Origin: an uncultured Verrucomicrobiae bacterium
GTDB lineage: Bacteria > Verrucomicrobiota > Verrucomicrobiia > Chthoniobacterales > Chthoniobacteraceae
Length of the DNA stretch: 64,000 nt
Reading direction: 5' to 3'
Assembly (NCBI GenBank): GCA_963769025.1
Contig: CAVYKI010000002.1
Coordinates: 92,942-156,941 of the forward strand
Below, piece after piece: positions 8,382-16,919 of this stretch. Below the pieces are notes generated by a model, which searched no databases, was not told the origin of the DNA, and worked only from the letters and a program-made list of their open reading frames with translations. Both the position numbers and the translations under genes were made by a program. Positions within the stretch are counted from its first letter, which is position 1; each line of letters opens with the position of its first letter.

Positions 8382-9463
8382 AGATTTTGTTTGATGCCCG
8401 TTGCCTCATGCAGCCTACGACCGGCATCCAGGTCGTCGCTCGCAATCTGCTCGCCGAGTTGTCGCGCTCGGACATGGTTGACGAACTTGTTGTCCTCGCA
8501 GGGCCGGAAGTCGACATCGGCGACGGAGCGTCGGATTGCGAGTGCGTTCGCACAGGGATCGGCCCATATGATTTTTTCCGGCAGCGAGAGGTGGCGCGGT
8601 TGATCAATCAGACGGAGGCGGATATCCTGCTCTCGCCAACCTATTTCATTCCGTATGGCGTGAAGAAGCCTTACATCATGATGGTCCATGATTTGATCCC
8701 CCGGAAGATATGGCTCGGGCGGCAGTCAATTTATTACCGCTGCCTGCTTGGGGAACGCATGCGTTCTGCGCTTGGGATATGGACGGTTTCGAATTACTCG
8801 CGCCGGGAAATCCTCTCCACCAATGCGAATTTGGATGCGCGGGTCCAGGTATTGCCGTCTGGTTATACGAGCGCTCCAGGCAGTGCGGCGCCTTTGTGCA
8901 AGCGGCGCGAGCTTCTGGTCTTCGCGAGCCGGTTTCGCCACAAGAACATCTCGTTTGCCATCCGCGCGTTCGAAGCCCTGCAGGCGATTTCAGGCAAGGC
9001 TTGGAAGCTGCATGTGGTCGGCAACCTTTCGCACATGCAGGACGCTGCGTTTCCGGAAGGCGTTTCCCTTCGGGGCCGTGTGACGGACAGCGAACTCACC
9101 GAGCTTTACCGGCAGTGCTGGGGTGTGTTGCTTCCGTCTATGGAGGAAGGGTTCAGCCTGCCGTTGATCGAGGGCATGAGCCATGGCTGCGTAGTCTTTT
9201 ACCATCGTCATACGGCGATGAGCGAAACTGCCGGCGAGGCGGGGGTCGGGCTTGATTTGGGGCGACCCGAAGAATGGGCGCAAGCGATCATCGCAACTGC
9301 GGCGGGTGACGGCGAGGCGGAGGCGCACCGGGATCGGGCACGGAAGCGCGCTGCGGAATTTTCAAGGGAGCGCTTTGTCTCCGCATTTCACGGGGCGCTC
9401 AGCCGGACTTTGGAGGGTTTGCCGTTCGGAACCGGAGCAACGCGGAAACATCATTCAAAATGA
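8378..9463 (+). CDS. Family 4 (group 1) glycosyltransferase
   Basis: MKILFDARCLMQPTTGIQVVARNL... N-terminus, and a C-terminal EEGFSLPLIEGMSHGCVV (E-x7-E-like) motif. The ATGA overlap with the upstream stop supports ATG 8378 rather than the track start 8222. Confidence 0.8.
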   Translation: MKILFDARCLMQPTTGIQVVARNLLAELSRSDMVDELVVLAGPEVDIGDGASDCECVRTGIGPYDFFRQREVARLINQTEADILLSPTYFIPYGVKKPYIMMVHDLIPRKIWLGRQSIYYRCLLGERMRSALGIWTVSNYSRREILSTNANLDARVQVLPSGYTSAPGSAAPLCKRRELLVFASRFRHKNISFAIRAFEALQAISGKAWKLHVVGNLSHMQDAAFPEGVSLRGRVTDSELTELYRQCWGVLLPSMEEGFSLPLIEGMSHGCVVFYHRHTAMSETAGEAGVGLDLGRPEEWAQAIIATAAGDGEAEAHRDRARKRAAEFSRERFVSAFHGALSRTLEGLPFGTGATRKHHSK

Positions 9464-10599
9464 GCAACGTCGCGCTGGCTCATCATTGGCTCATCAGCAT
9501 GCGTGGAGGTGAACGCGTGCTGGAAGAGATGTGCGCGCTTTTTCCCGACGCACCCGTCCACACTCTCGTCGCGCAGGTCGATCGGCTCAGTGCCCGGATT
9601 GCGGCGCATCGCATCGTTCCTTCGCTGCTCCAGCGGCTGCCCGGGGCGACGCGGCACTATAAAAAACTGCTGCCGCTTTTCAAATTCGCGATCCCGCGGA
9701 TGCGCGTGGCGGCGGAGACGCAGTTGGTTTTCAGCTCCGACGCGAGCATGATCAAAGGGCTGAACGTGCCGCCGGGAGTGCCCCATGTCTGCTATTGCCA
9801 CTCGCCTCCGCGTTACCTCTGGGATCTGCACGAAACGTACATGAAAGGCAGTGCGGAGATCGGCGCGTTCGGGCGTTTTGTGTTCCGGCACGTGCTGGCT
9901 TCCGCGCGCGCCTTTGACCTTGCGGGCGCGAAGAAGGTTACGCACTTCATCGCCAATTCCGCCTTCGTCCGGGAGCGCATCCGGCGGATTTACGGCCGTG
10001 AATCGGTGGTGATTCATCCGCCGGTTTCGGTGGATGATTTTTCGGCGGAGCGCCCGCGGAAGGACTTTTTCCTGCTCGTCTCCGAAATCACGCCCTACAA
10101 GCGCGTGGACCTGGCGGTCGAGGCGTTCCGGCGGAATGGCCGGCAGTTGGTGGTAATCGGAGACGGTTCCGAGATGGCCGCGTTGCGGGGGAGCGCCCCT
10201 TCCAACGTGACTTTCCTCGGGCGCCAGTCCTTCGCCGTGCTCAAGGAGCACCTGGAGACTTGCCGGGCATTCGTCTTTCCGGGGATTGAAGATTTCGGCA
10301 TTGCGCCGTGCGAAGCGCAGGCGTCTGGCGCGCCGGTGATCGCCTTTGCCGAGGGTGGCGCGCTGGAGACGGTGAAGGACGGGGTGACTGGCGTTTACTT
10401 CGCCGAGCAGACGCCGGATGCGCTCGTCGCGGCGCTGGAACGGTTTGAAGCACTCCCGCCTTTTAGCCCCGAGGTCTGCCGCGTCAATGTCGAGCGGTTT
10501 CGCCCGGAGCAGTTCCGCCGCGCCATTCGCGAATATATGGCTTCGGAATTTCCGCGGTTTTTCGCCAGCTACCCGTGGCCTGAGGAGGGGAAACCGTAG
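9460..10599 (+). CDS. Family 4 (group 1) glycosyltransferase
   Basis: HHWLISMRGGERVLEEM... N-terminus and EDFGIAPCEAQASGAPVIAFAEGGALETV C-terminal motif. ATGA overlap with the upstream gene. Confidence 0.85.
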   Translation: MSNVALAHHWLISMRGGERVLEEMCALFPDAPVHTLVAQVDRLSARIAAHRIVPSLLQRLPGATRHYKKLLPLFKFAIPRMRVAAETQLVFSSDASMIKGLNVPPGVPHVCYCHSPPRYLWDLHETYMKGSAEIGAFGRFVFRHVLASARAFDLAGAKKVTHFIANSAFVRERIRRIYGRESVVIHPPVSVDDFSAERPRKDFFLLVSEITPYKRVDLAVEAFRRNGRQLVVIGDGSEMAALRGSAPSNVTFLGRQSFAVLKEHLETCRAFVFPGIEDFGIAPCEAQASGAPVIAFAEGGALETVKDGVTGVYFAEQTPDALVAALERFEALPPFSPEVCRVNVERFRPEQFRRAIREYMASEFPRFFASYPWPEEGKP

Positions 10600-10635
10600 C
10601 GCCAGAGCGGGGAGCATTCCGCGGCGGGGGCGGGC

Positions 10636-11931
10636 TTAGGAGGCGGCAGGTTGTGCGAGGGGGAGTTTCTGGAAGGGATTGAGCCGCATTTTCCAGAGGG
10701 TAATAAATACGGCGATGGTGATGGCAATCTCCGTCGCGAGAAGTGCGATTGCTGCGCCGAGTTCCATGAGCCATGGGGTCAGCGCGAGGACGAGGATCAC
10801 ATCGAGTGCGGCTCCGGCCCCGACGATCCGGTTGTAGGAACGCTCGTGGCCGAGCGGGAACATCCACCGGATTCCAAGCACGCCATTGAGCGCGGAGAAC
10901 GGGCACACCAGCCCCAGCACGCGCAGGACCGGGATGGCACGCTCATAGCCGGGGCCGAACAAAAGGTGGACCAGCCATGGCGCTCCGAGTGTGAGCGTCA
11001 GCCCGAGGAGCAGGCCTATTGCGCCGAGCGCGAGCGTGCCGCGCCGGACGGTGTTGCGCGCCTGATGGATGTCGTGTTTCACCAAGTGTGCGAGGTGCGG
11101 GTAGAGGACTTGGTTGATCGGGCCGGTAAAGGTGAGGAAACCGCGCATCAGCCGTTCGGGTCCGCCGTAGAAACTGACGACGGCCGGGGTGATCAGGATG
11201 CCGAGCATGAAGCCATTGGCCTTTGCATAGAGGGTGATGACTGCGACGAAGAGGAAGAAGTGCCATGCATCCCGCATCGTCCGTGCTGCGCGGGCGAGAC
11301 TGCACATGGCAAAGCGGACGGTACGGTACATGAGGCGGAATCCTATTCCAAGCGACAGCGTGAAGCTGATGGCCTGGTAGAATATCACCTTGGTCGCATC
11401 CTCGGGGGCCTTGATCAGGAAAAAGACGCTGATGGTGAAGAGCAGCCGGCACGCGACTTCAACGGACGCGGCGAGGCGCATGCGCTGGATGCCTTGAAAG
11501 TACCACATGGGACTGAACCCCTGTGCGATGGCGATCCACATTGCACCGATAAGGATGAGGGGATTCTCCCGAAATGTCGGAACTCCCAGCCAGAACACGA
11601 TGCCGGTCGCCAAGCCGAGGATGCTGAGGCCGACCTTGCAGGCCATTACGTCACTTACGATTTTGCGCAGCTTTTCCGGATTGCCGGAATGGCGGGCGAC
11701 CTCACGCGTGGCAGAATAGACAAATCCAAATTCCACGAGGATCGTGGGCCAGACCGCGACGGCCTGGGCGAAGAGGACCATTCCCCACGCGTCGGGCCCG
11801 AGTACGCGCGCGAGGTACGGCACGGTGACCAGAGGGAGGAGCGAATTGGCAATCGTGACTGCGTAAAGTGCGAAGGCATTTTGCGCGAGACTCCCGCGGC
11901 AGAGGGTGGAGATTTTTTGGAAAAGCGTCAC
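10636..11931 (-). CDS. Wzx-type polysaccharide flippase (MOP superfamily)
   Basis: 431 aa and polytopic. N-terminus ...SLAQNAFALYAVTIANSLLPLVTVPYLARVLGPDAWGMV is typical of O-antigen/EPS flippases. Confidence 0.85.
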   Translation of the reverse strand: MTLFQKISTLCRGSLAQNAFALYAVTIANSLLPLVTVPYLARVLGPDAWGMVLFAQAVAVWPTILVEFGFVYSATREVARHSGNPEKLRKIVSDVMACKVGLSILGLATGIVFWLGVPTFRENPLILIGAMWIAIAQGFSPMWYFQGIQRMRLAASVEVACRLLFTISVFFLIKAPEDATKVIFYQAISFTLSLGIGFRLMYRTVRFAMCSLARAARTMRDAWHFFLFVAVITLYAKANGFMLGILITPAVVSFYGGPERLMRGFLTFTGPINQVLYPHLAHLVKHDIHQARNTVRRGTLALGAIGLLLGLTLTLGAPWLVHLLFGPGYERAIPVLRVLGLVCPFSALNGVLGIRWMFPLGHERSYNRIVGAGAALDVILVLALTPWLMELGAAIALLATEIAITIAVFITLWKMRLNPFQKLPLAQPAAS

Positions 11932-12406
11932 TGCGCTTGCGGGTGATTTTCGATCCTGCCAAGAACCGCCGGCGAAGCACTGAACGTCAGGCGCTTGCGG
12001 GATGTTCCGCTTTGAGTGCCGCGTGGGAGGGACATGACTTCGAGAGCGGAATTTGGGCGATCCGAGTTGGGAGCTTGGTCACTATCCCCATCTGGATACA
12101 GGGTCAATGGCGGTTTGAAGCCGGAGTTCCGTGAAGGTTCCCGTCGTCGGCGTTTTGGATGGCGGACGATCCTCAATGTCTCACGGGAGAGCGGTGAGAG
12201 CGCTGTGAAACACCCCGTACCTTTCCCGACAGTACTCACGTGAGGTTTTATCAATTTTGCGCCAATCCATGAGTTCTGAAACTCGTTGGAAATGCTCCGA
12301 ACTCGGTCACACAAAAGGCTTGATGTTCTAAATGATGGCTCGTTGACTGGCGTCTCCCTCTACGCCCGCTGTCGCTACACCGGGCCTCTCCCGTCCAAAA
12401 ATTATT

Positions 12407-13885
12407 ATGAGTCGTCTGACCGATGAACTGTTGGAGTTATCGCGTGCCCGCCAAACGACGGATACCGCCGAGGTCAATCGCGCAATCGCGTGGCGCTTCC
12501 GGTTTCTCAGTGTGCTGGGTGACGCCGCGATCATCGTCGCGGCCTTGCTCTTCGCGTTTTGGGTGCGGTTCCGGACCGATTTCCTCAGTGGCGGCACGGT
12601 CAGCCCCCACGTACCTTTTCAAGGCTATCTGGTATTCGTCGGCATCGGGGCGTTGGTGCTCTTGTTGTTGCTCGCACATTACGGAATGTATCAGGCAGCC
12701 CAGCTCCTTCGCTACCGGCAGGTTTCTTTTTTGATCATCAAGGGGTGCTTCCTATGGTTCGTCGGTGTGCTTTTTGTCACCAGGGTGCTGAATGCCCCGC
12801 TCTCGCTTCCGGTGACATATGTGGGCCTCTCCTCCGCCTGTTTGCTGGTGTCCCTGCTGGCTTGGCGGGCAGTCCTCCACCGCATCTCTGCGATGGACGC
12901 ATTTTCCAGGCATCTCCGCGAACGGATTCTCTTCGTCGGCTGGAACGACATGGCAGAACGACTCACGAAATACGTGATGAGCGACCCATCTCATGCCTAC
13001 GCCGTGGTGGGATGCATTCCGCCGGTCAGCGGAAACTACGAGAAGCAGCCCCCCGCTGAAATCCCGCACATCGCGGCCTTCCAGGATATCGTCAATATGC
13101 TCCGGTCGAAGTGCATCGACATCGTCTTGTTGGCCGACCGGACCGCGTCGATGACTGAAATCGATGAGCTGGCGGCCATTTGCGAAAAGGAGCTCGTGCA
13201 GCTGAAAGTGATCCCGTCGTACTTCCAGATATTGGTAACCGGGCTCAGCCTGCAGACGATCAGTGGCGTTCCCATCCTCGGCATCTCGCAATTGCCGCTG
13301 GATCGCCCCGTGAATCAAATCCTCAAGCGAATCGTGGACATCGTCGGCTCGATCGTCGGCCTGATCCTCTCGGCGCCCATCATCGCGGTATTTGGGACAT
13401 TGGTGTATCTGGAATCGCCCGGACCGATATTTTACCGGCAGCCCCGGGTAAGGCGGGGAGGGATCCCGTTTGGCATGTTCAAAATTCGCAGCATGCGGCT
13501 GGATGCGGACAAGAGTGACAACCTCCAGCAGTCCACGCCAAAGGATGATCCGCGATTGCTGAAAGTTGGCGGGTTCATGCGCCGTTGGAACATCGACGAG
13601 ACCCCGCAGTTCTGGAACGTGCTCAAGGGCGAGATGAGCCTCGTCGGACCGCGTCCCGAGCGGCTCTACCATTCGGAGAAACTGAGCGATGAGATCCCGC
13701 ACTACAGCGCCCGCTATTGGAGCAAGCCGGGGATGACGGGGTGGGCGGCGGTGAACGGACTTCGCGGGGAAAGCGACTTGGTCGAGCGTATCCGGTGCGA
13801 TTTGTATTACCTCGAAAACTGGAATCTTTGGCTCGATTTCCAGATCATGTTCCTCACATTCCTCCGCCGGAAAGGCGCGGCCTGA
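12407..13885 (+). CDS. Initiating undecaprenyl-phosphate sugar-phosphate transferase (WcaJ/WbaP/EpsB type)
   Basis: N-terminal TM bundle, a central Rossmann-like region, and the C-terminal bacterial sugar transferase domain (KRIVDIVGS...ESPGPIFYRQPRV...FKIRSM...DETPQFWNVLKGEMSLVGPRP). Confidence 0.9.
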   Translation: MSRLTDELLELSRARQTTDTAEVNRAIAWRFRFLSVLGDAAIIVAALLFAFWVRFRTDFLSGGTVSPHVPFQGYLVFVGIGALVLLLLLAHYGMYQAAQLLRYRQVSFLIIKGCFLWFVGVLFVTRVLNAPLSLPVTYVGLSSACLLVSLLAWRAVLHRISAMDAFSRHLRERILFVGWNDMAERLTKYVMSDPSHAYAVVGCIPPVSGNYEKQPPAEIPHIAAFQDIVNMLRSKCIDIVLLADRTASMTEIDELAAICEKELVQLKVIPSYFQILVTGLSLQTISGVPILGISQLPLDRPVNQILKRIVDIVGSIVGLILSAPIIAVFGTLVYLESPGPIFYRQPRVRRGGIPFGMFKIRSMRLDADKSDNLQQSTPKDDPRLLKVGGFMRRWNIDETPQFWNVLKGEMSLVGPRPERLYHSEKLSDEIPHYSARYWSKPGMTGWAAVNGLRGESDLVERIRCDLYYLENWNLWLDFQIMFLTFLRRKGAA

Positions 13886-14044
13886 GCGGATCGTGATACC
13901 GGCTTTTTCCGTCGCCGAAGCGGAGGTTGACATGCGGGCTCCGCTTTCCGTATTGAAAGCCGTGTTAATCCGCTGGAAAGCCCGATTCCCCTCCAGTGTG
14001 TCCCTGCGTCGGCCGTACTCACTGACAGGGCACGCAGTCGTCGC

Positions 14045-16129
14045 ATGAAGCCCAACAGCAACCAATCACCCGAGGGAGACGCGGAGCAATATGCGGACTT
14101 CGATCTGCAGTCACTTTATGAGGCCGTGCGGCGGAGAATATGGCGGATTGCTGCCTGCAGCCTCGCCGGACTGCTAGTCGGCGGCGTGTGGGCCGCCATG
14201 CGCCCGGATGTCTTTGAGGCCACCGCGACTGTACGCGTGGAGGAGCAGAATCCCTCCGTCATCGCCATTCAGGAAATCAACAAAGAGGATTTCCGGCAGC
14301 CTGAGGACTTGAAGACAGTCGAGCAGCAGTTGCTGACTGACGATCTGATCTGGCGGGTGATCCGGAAGATCAAGCTCGACGTGACCCCGGGGTACTTCAA
14401 ACCGGGTCTGCGTCACCGGCTAACGGGGCAGCCGGTCTCAAAGGCTAATATGATCGATGCGATCCGGAACAGCTTCAGCGTGAGATTGCGAAAGGGAACC
14501 CGGCTGATCGACATCACCATCCAGCAAGGAAAACCGGAAATGGCGCAGGCCCTCGTGCGTTCCTTGATCGATGAGTACGTGAGCCAGATCGCCGAGTGGC
14601 GCCTGAACCCGTCCAAGGAAGCGACCAAAATCCTCGTGGACGAATCCGAACGCCTCAAGCGCAAGCTGGAAGAGGCCGAGCAGGCCCTGCAGGATTACCG
14701 GGAAAAGAACCACGCCGTTTCGCTCGAAGACAAACAGAACATCGTCGTCGAGCGCCTGAAGGACCTGAACATGCGCGTGGCGAAGGCGCAAAACGACACC
14801 CTCGCGCTGGAGTCCGATCTCGCGCAACTCGACAAAATCGGGCGCCAGCCGGAGAAGTTGCTCGCGATCGGAAGCATCGCCAATGCGCAGTCCGTCCTGG
14901 ATGTGCAGCGCGTTCTTACGGAGAAGGAGTCGGCATTTGCGGTGCTCCGGCAGCGCTACGGGCCGGAAAACCCCCTTTACACGCAGGCCGAACGGCAAGT
15001 GCAGCAGGTCCGCGCAACTTTCGAGGTCACGGTCCAGAATGCGGCCGACTCGCTCCGTGCGAAGCATGAGGCGGCGAAGTTCGCCCAGCAGATGTCGGAG
15101 AAGATGTTGCTCGAACAGGAAAAGCAGGCTCTCGACCTGAACAAGAAGGCGACCCAGTACGACGTGCTCAGCCGCGAGGTCGAATCTGATCGTGCGCTCT
15201 TCGCGGCGGTCCTCAAGCGGCTCAAGGAGACCGGCGTCATTCAGAACACCGGCCAGACCAATCTTCGCGTCGTGGATCCTCCGATGCTGCCCGAGTCACC
15301 AAAATGGCGGACGAAACTGCTCATCGTCGCATTTGGAATGTTCGGGGGCGTTGCGTTGGGATTTGGCGGTGTCGTTGGCGCGTACGTCGTCCGGCCCACG
15401 TTGCAGTTGTTGGATCAGGGCGAACGCATGCTGGGACTCCCGGGTCTGGGCGCGATTCCATACGCGTCCGGGTTGAAAGGCGACGCCAGCCAGGTTCCGT
15501 GCGTCAAGCATCCGCGCTCGCAGGCGGCCGAGGCATTTCGATTCCTCGTCGCCTCCGCATCGGCGGCGCTCGGCGGGGCAGGGAAGGGGAGCTTCCTGTT
15601 TACCGGCGCGGCGAAGGGCGATGGCAACACCTCGTGCGCCGCATCGTATGCCGTCGCACTCGCCCAGAGTGGCGTGCGCACGCTTTTGATCGATGCCGAT
15701 CTGAGGAACCCCGTGATCGGCAGGCTGTTTTCCATCCCGAAGGAAACCAGCGGACTTGCAGAATGCCTCGCAGGTCGCAGTACGCTGGAGGCGTGCGTCG
15801 TCCCAACAAAGGTGGAGAACCTTTTCGTGCTCGTCGCGGGAGCCGCGCCGCCTGATGTTTCCGCGCTCTTTTCGCCCACGGCGCTTGGATCCCTGCTCGG
15901 CAAGGCGGCGGAAGAATACGGACAGGTCGTCATCGACTCGGCGCCCGTCAACGTCGCGAGTGAGACATTGTCCATCGCCCGTCACGCGAGCGCGGCCTGC
16001 ATCGTCGTCCGTTCCGGAAGGACGGCAATCCGTGCGGCTTCCCGCGCGGCCCGGTTGCTTGGCCAGGCGGGGCGCAAGCCGGTCGGATTCATCCTGAATT
16101 CCGTCCCACGTCGGACGCTGGCGCAGTAG
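14045..16129 (+). CDS. Polysaccharide co-polymerase (PCP-2a/Wzc/GumC-like) with degenerate BY-kinase domain
   Basis: Wzz-like N-terminus, a long coiled-coil periplasmic region and a second TM. The C-terminal P-loop ATPase domain retains LLIDADLRNP (Walker A') and VVIDSAP (Walker B), but Walker A reads GAAKGDGNTS (Lys replaced by Asn) and there is no C-terminal Tyr cluster. Confidence 0.85.
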   Translation: MKPNSNQSPEGDAEQYADFDLQSLYEAVRRRIWRIAACSLAGLLVGGVWAAMRPDVFEATATVRVEEQNPSVIAIQEINKEDFRQPEDLKTVEQQLLTDDLIWRVIRKIKLDVTPGYFKPGLRHRLTGQPVSKANMIDAIRNSFSVRLRKGTRLIDITIQQGKPEMAQALVRSLIDEYVSQIAEWRLNPSKEATKILVDESERLKRKLEEAEQALQDYREKNHAVSLEDKQNIVVERLKDLNMRVAKAQNDTLALESDLAQLDKIGRQPEKLLAIGSIANAQSVLDVQRVLTEKESAFAVLRQRYGPENPLYTQAERQVQQVRATFEVTVQNAADSLRAKHEAAKFAQQMSEKMLLEQEKQALDLNKKATQYDVLSREVESDRALFAAVLKRLKETGVIQNTGQTNLRVVDPPMLPESPKWRTKLLIVAFGMFGGVALGFGGVVGAYVVRPTLQLLDQGERMLGLPGLGAIPYASGLKGDASQVPCVKHPRSQAAEAFRFLVASASAALGGAGKGSFLFTGAAKGDGNTSCAASYAVALAQSGVRTLLIDADLRNPVIGRLFSIPKETSGLAECLAGRSTLEACVVPTKVENLFVLVAGAAPPDVSALFSPTALGSLLGKAAEEYGQVVIDSAPVNVASETLSIARHASAACIVVRSGRTAIRAASRAARLLGQAGRKPVGFILNSVPRRTLAQ

Positions 16130-16161
16130 CCCGTCAGCGAGGAGTTCCTCGTGCGGCAGGG

Positions 16162-16809
16162 TCAGAACAGGCGTTCGGTGACGGTAATCACATCACCGGG
16201 GATGACCATGAAGCCGGGGGTGCCGGACTCCGTGGCGAGCTTTCGCAGGTCCACTTTGTAAACTTTGGCCCCGCGTTTCACCAAGACCTCCGACTGACGC
16301 GCGAGCCGCGTGTAGCCGCCTCCGAGTGCGATCGCATCCAGCAGCCCCAACCGCGGCTGCTGGCCGCGGGGAAATGCATAGCGGCCCGGCTGCGTCACCT
16401 GCCCGAGCAGCACGAAGGTCTGGCCGGAATATTCGGCCACCAAGACCTGCACCTTGGGATTGACGAGGACTTGGTTCTCCTTTGCGTAAGCCGTGATCTT
16501 GCCGGCCAATGCGGAAACGGTCATCCCCGCGGCCTGCATCTCCGAGCGCCCGCCGTGAGTCAGGTAGGCGAGGCTGATCCGCCCGTCCCAGTCCACCCGG
16601 ACCTGCTGGTTGTAATCCGGCTCGCCCGCAAAGGTGAGCGTCAGGAGATCGCCCGGCTGAAGTTTGTATTGCGAACTGCGGACGGGAGGCTGCGCGACGG
16701 GCAATCCCGGCTCCTCGGCATGGCGTGACGAACATCCCACGGCCATCAAAGCAACGCATGCGAGCAGCGCGCTGCGAATGAAGTATTGAATCGTTCCCAC
16801 GAAGCCCAC
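16162..16809 (-). CDS. Short outer-membrane polysaccharide export (OPX/Wza-like) lipoprotein
   Basis: Lipobox LMAVGC. Poly_export motif YKLQPGDLLTLTFAGEPDYNQ..., followed by one SLBB-like domain. At 215 aa it has no C-terminal amphipathic helix region like that of E. coli Wza. Confidence 0.8.
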   Translation of the reverse strand: MGFVGTIQYFIRSALLACVALMAVGCSSRHAEEPGLPVAQPPVRSSQYKLQPGDLLTLTFAGEPDYNQQVRVDWDGRISLAYLTHGGRSEMQAAGMTVSALAGKITAYAKENQVLVNPKVQVLVAEYSGQTFVLLGQVTQPGRYAFPRGQQPRLGLLDAIALGGGYTRLARQSEVLVKRGAKVYKVDLRKLATESGTPGFMVIPGDVITVTERLF

Positions 16810-16919
16810 TGGTTGCGAGCGTCCGCTGGGGTGTCAAACCAAAAGGCTCGGTACTCCAAGGGCTTGCTTGCGGCGGGGGTGCCGGCTCCCACTCAGCAGT
16901 TGACTCCAGATGGCGGAGA

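Noticed and set aside
16138-16151. Short palindromes between convergent genes (CGAGGAGTTCCTCG at 16138-16151; GCCCGCGCGGGC at 18487-18498) as bidirectional terminators.
   Set aside because: The stems are only 4-5 bp once a viable loop is allowed, and there is no U-tract. That is too weak to call.
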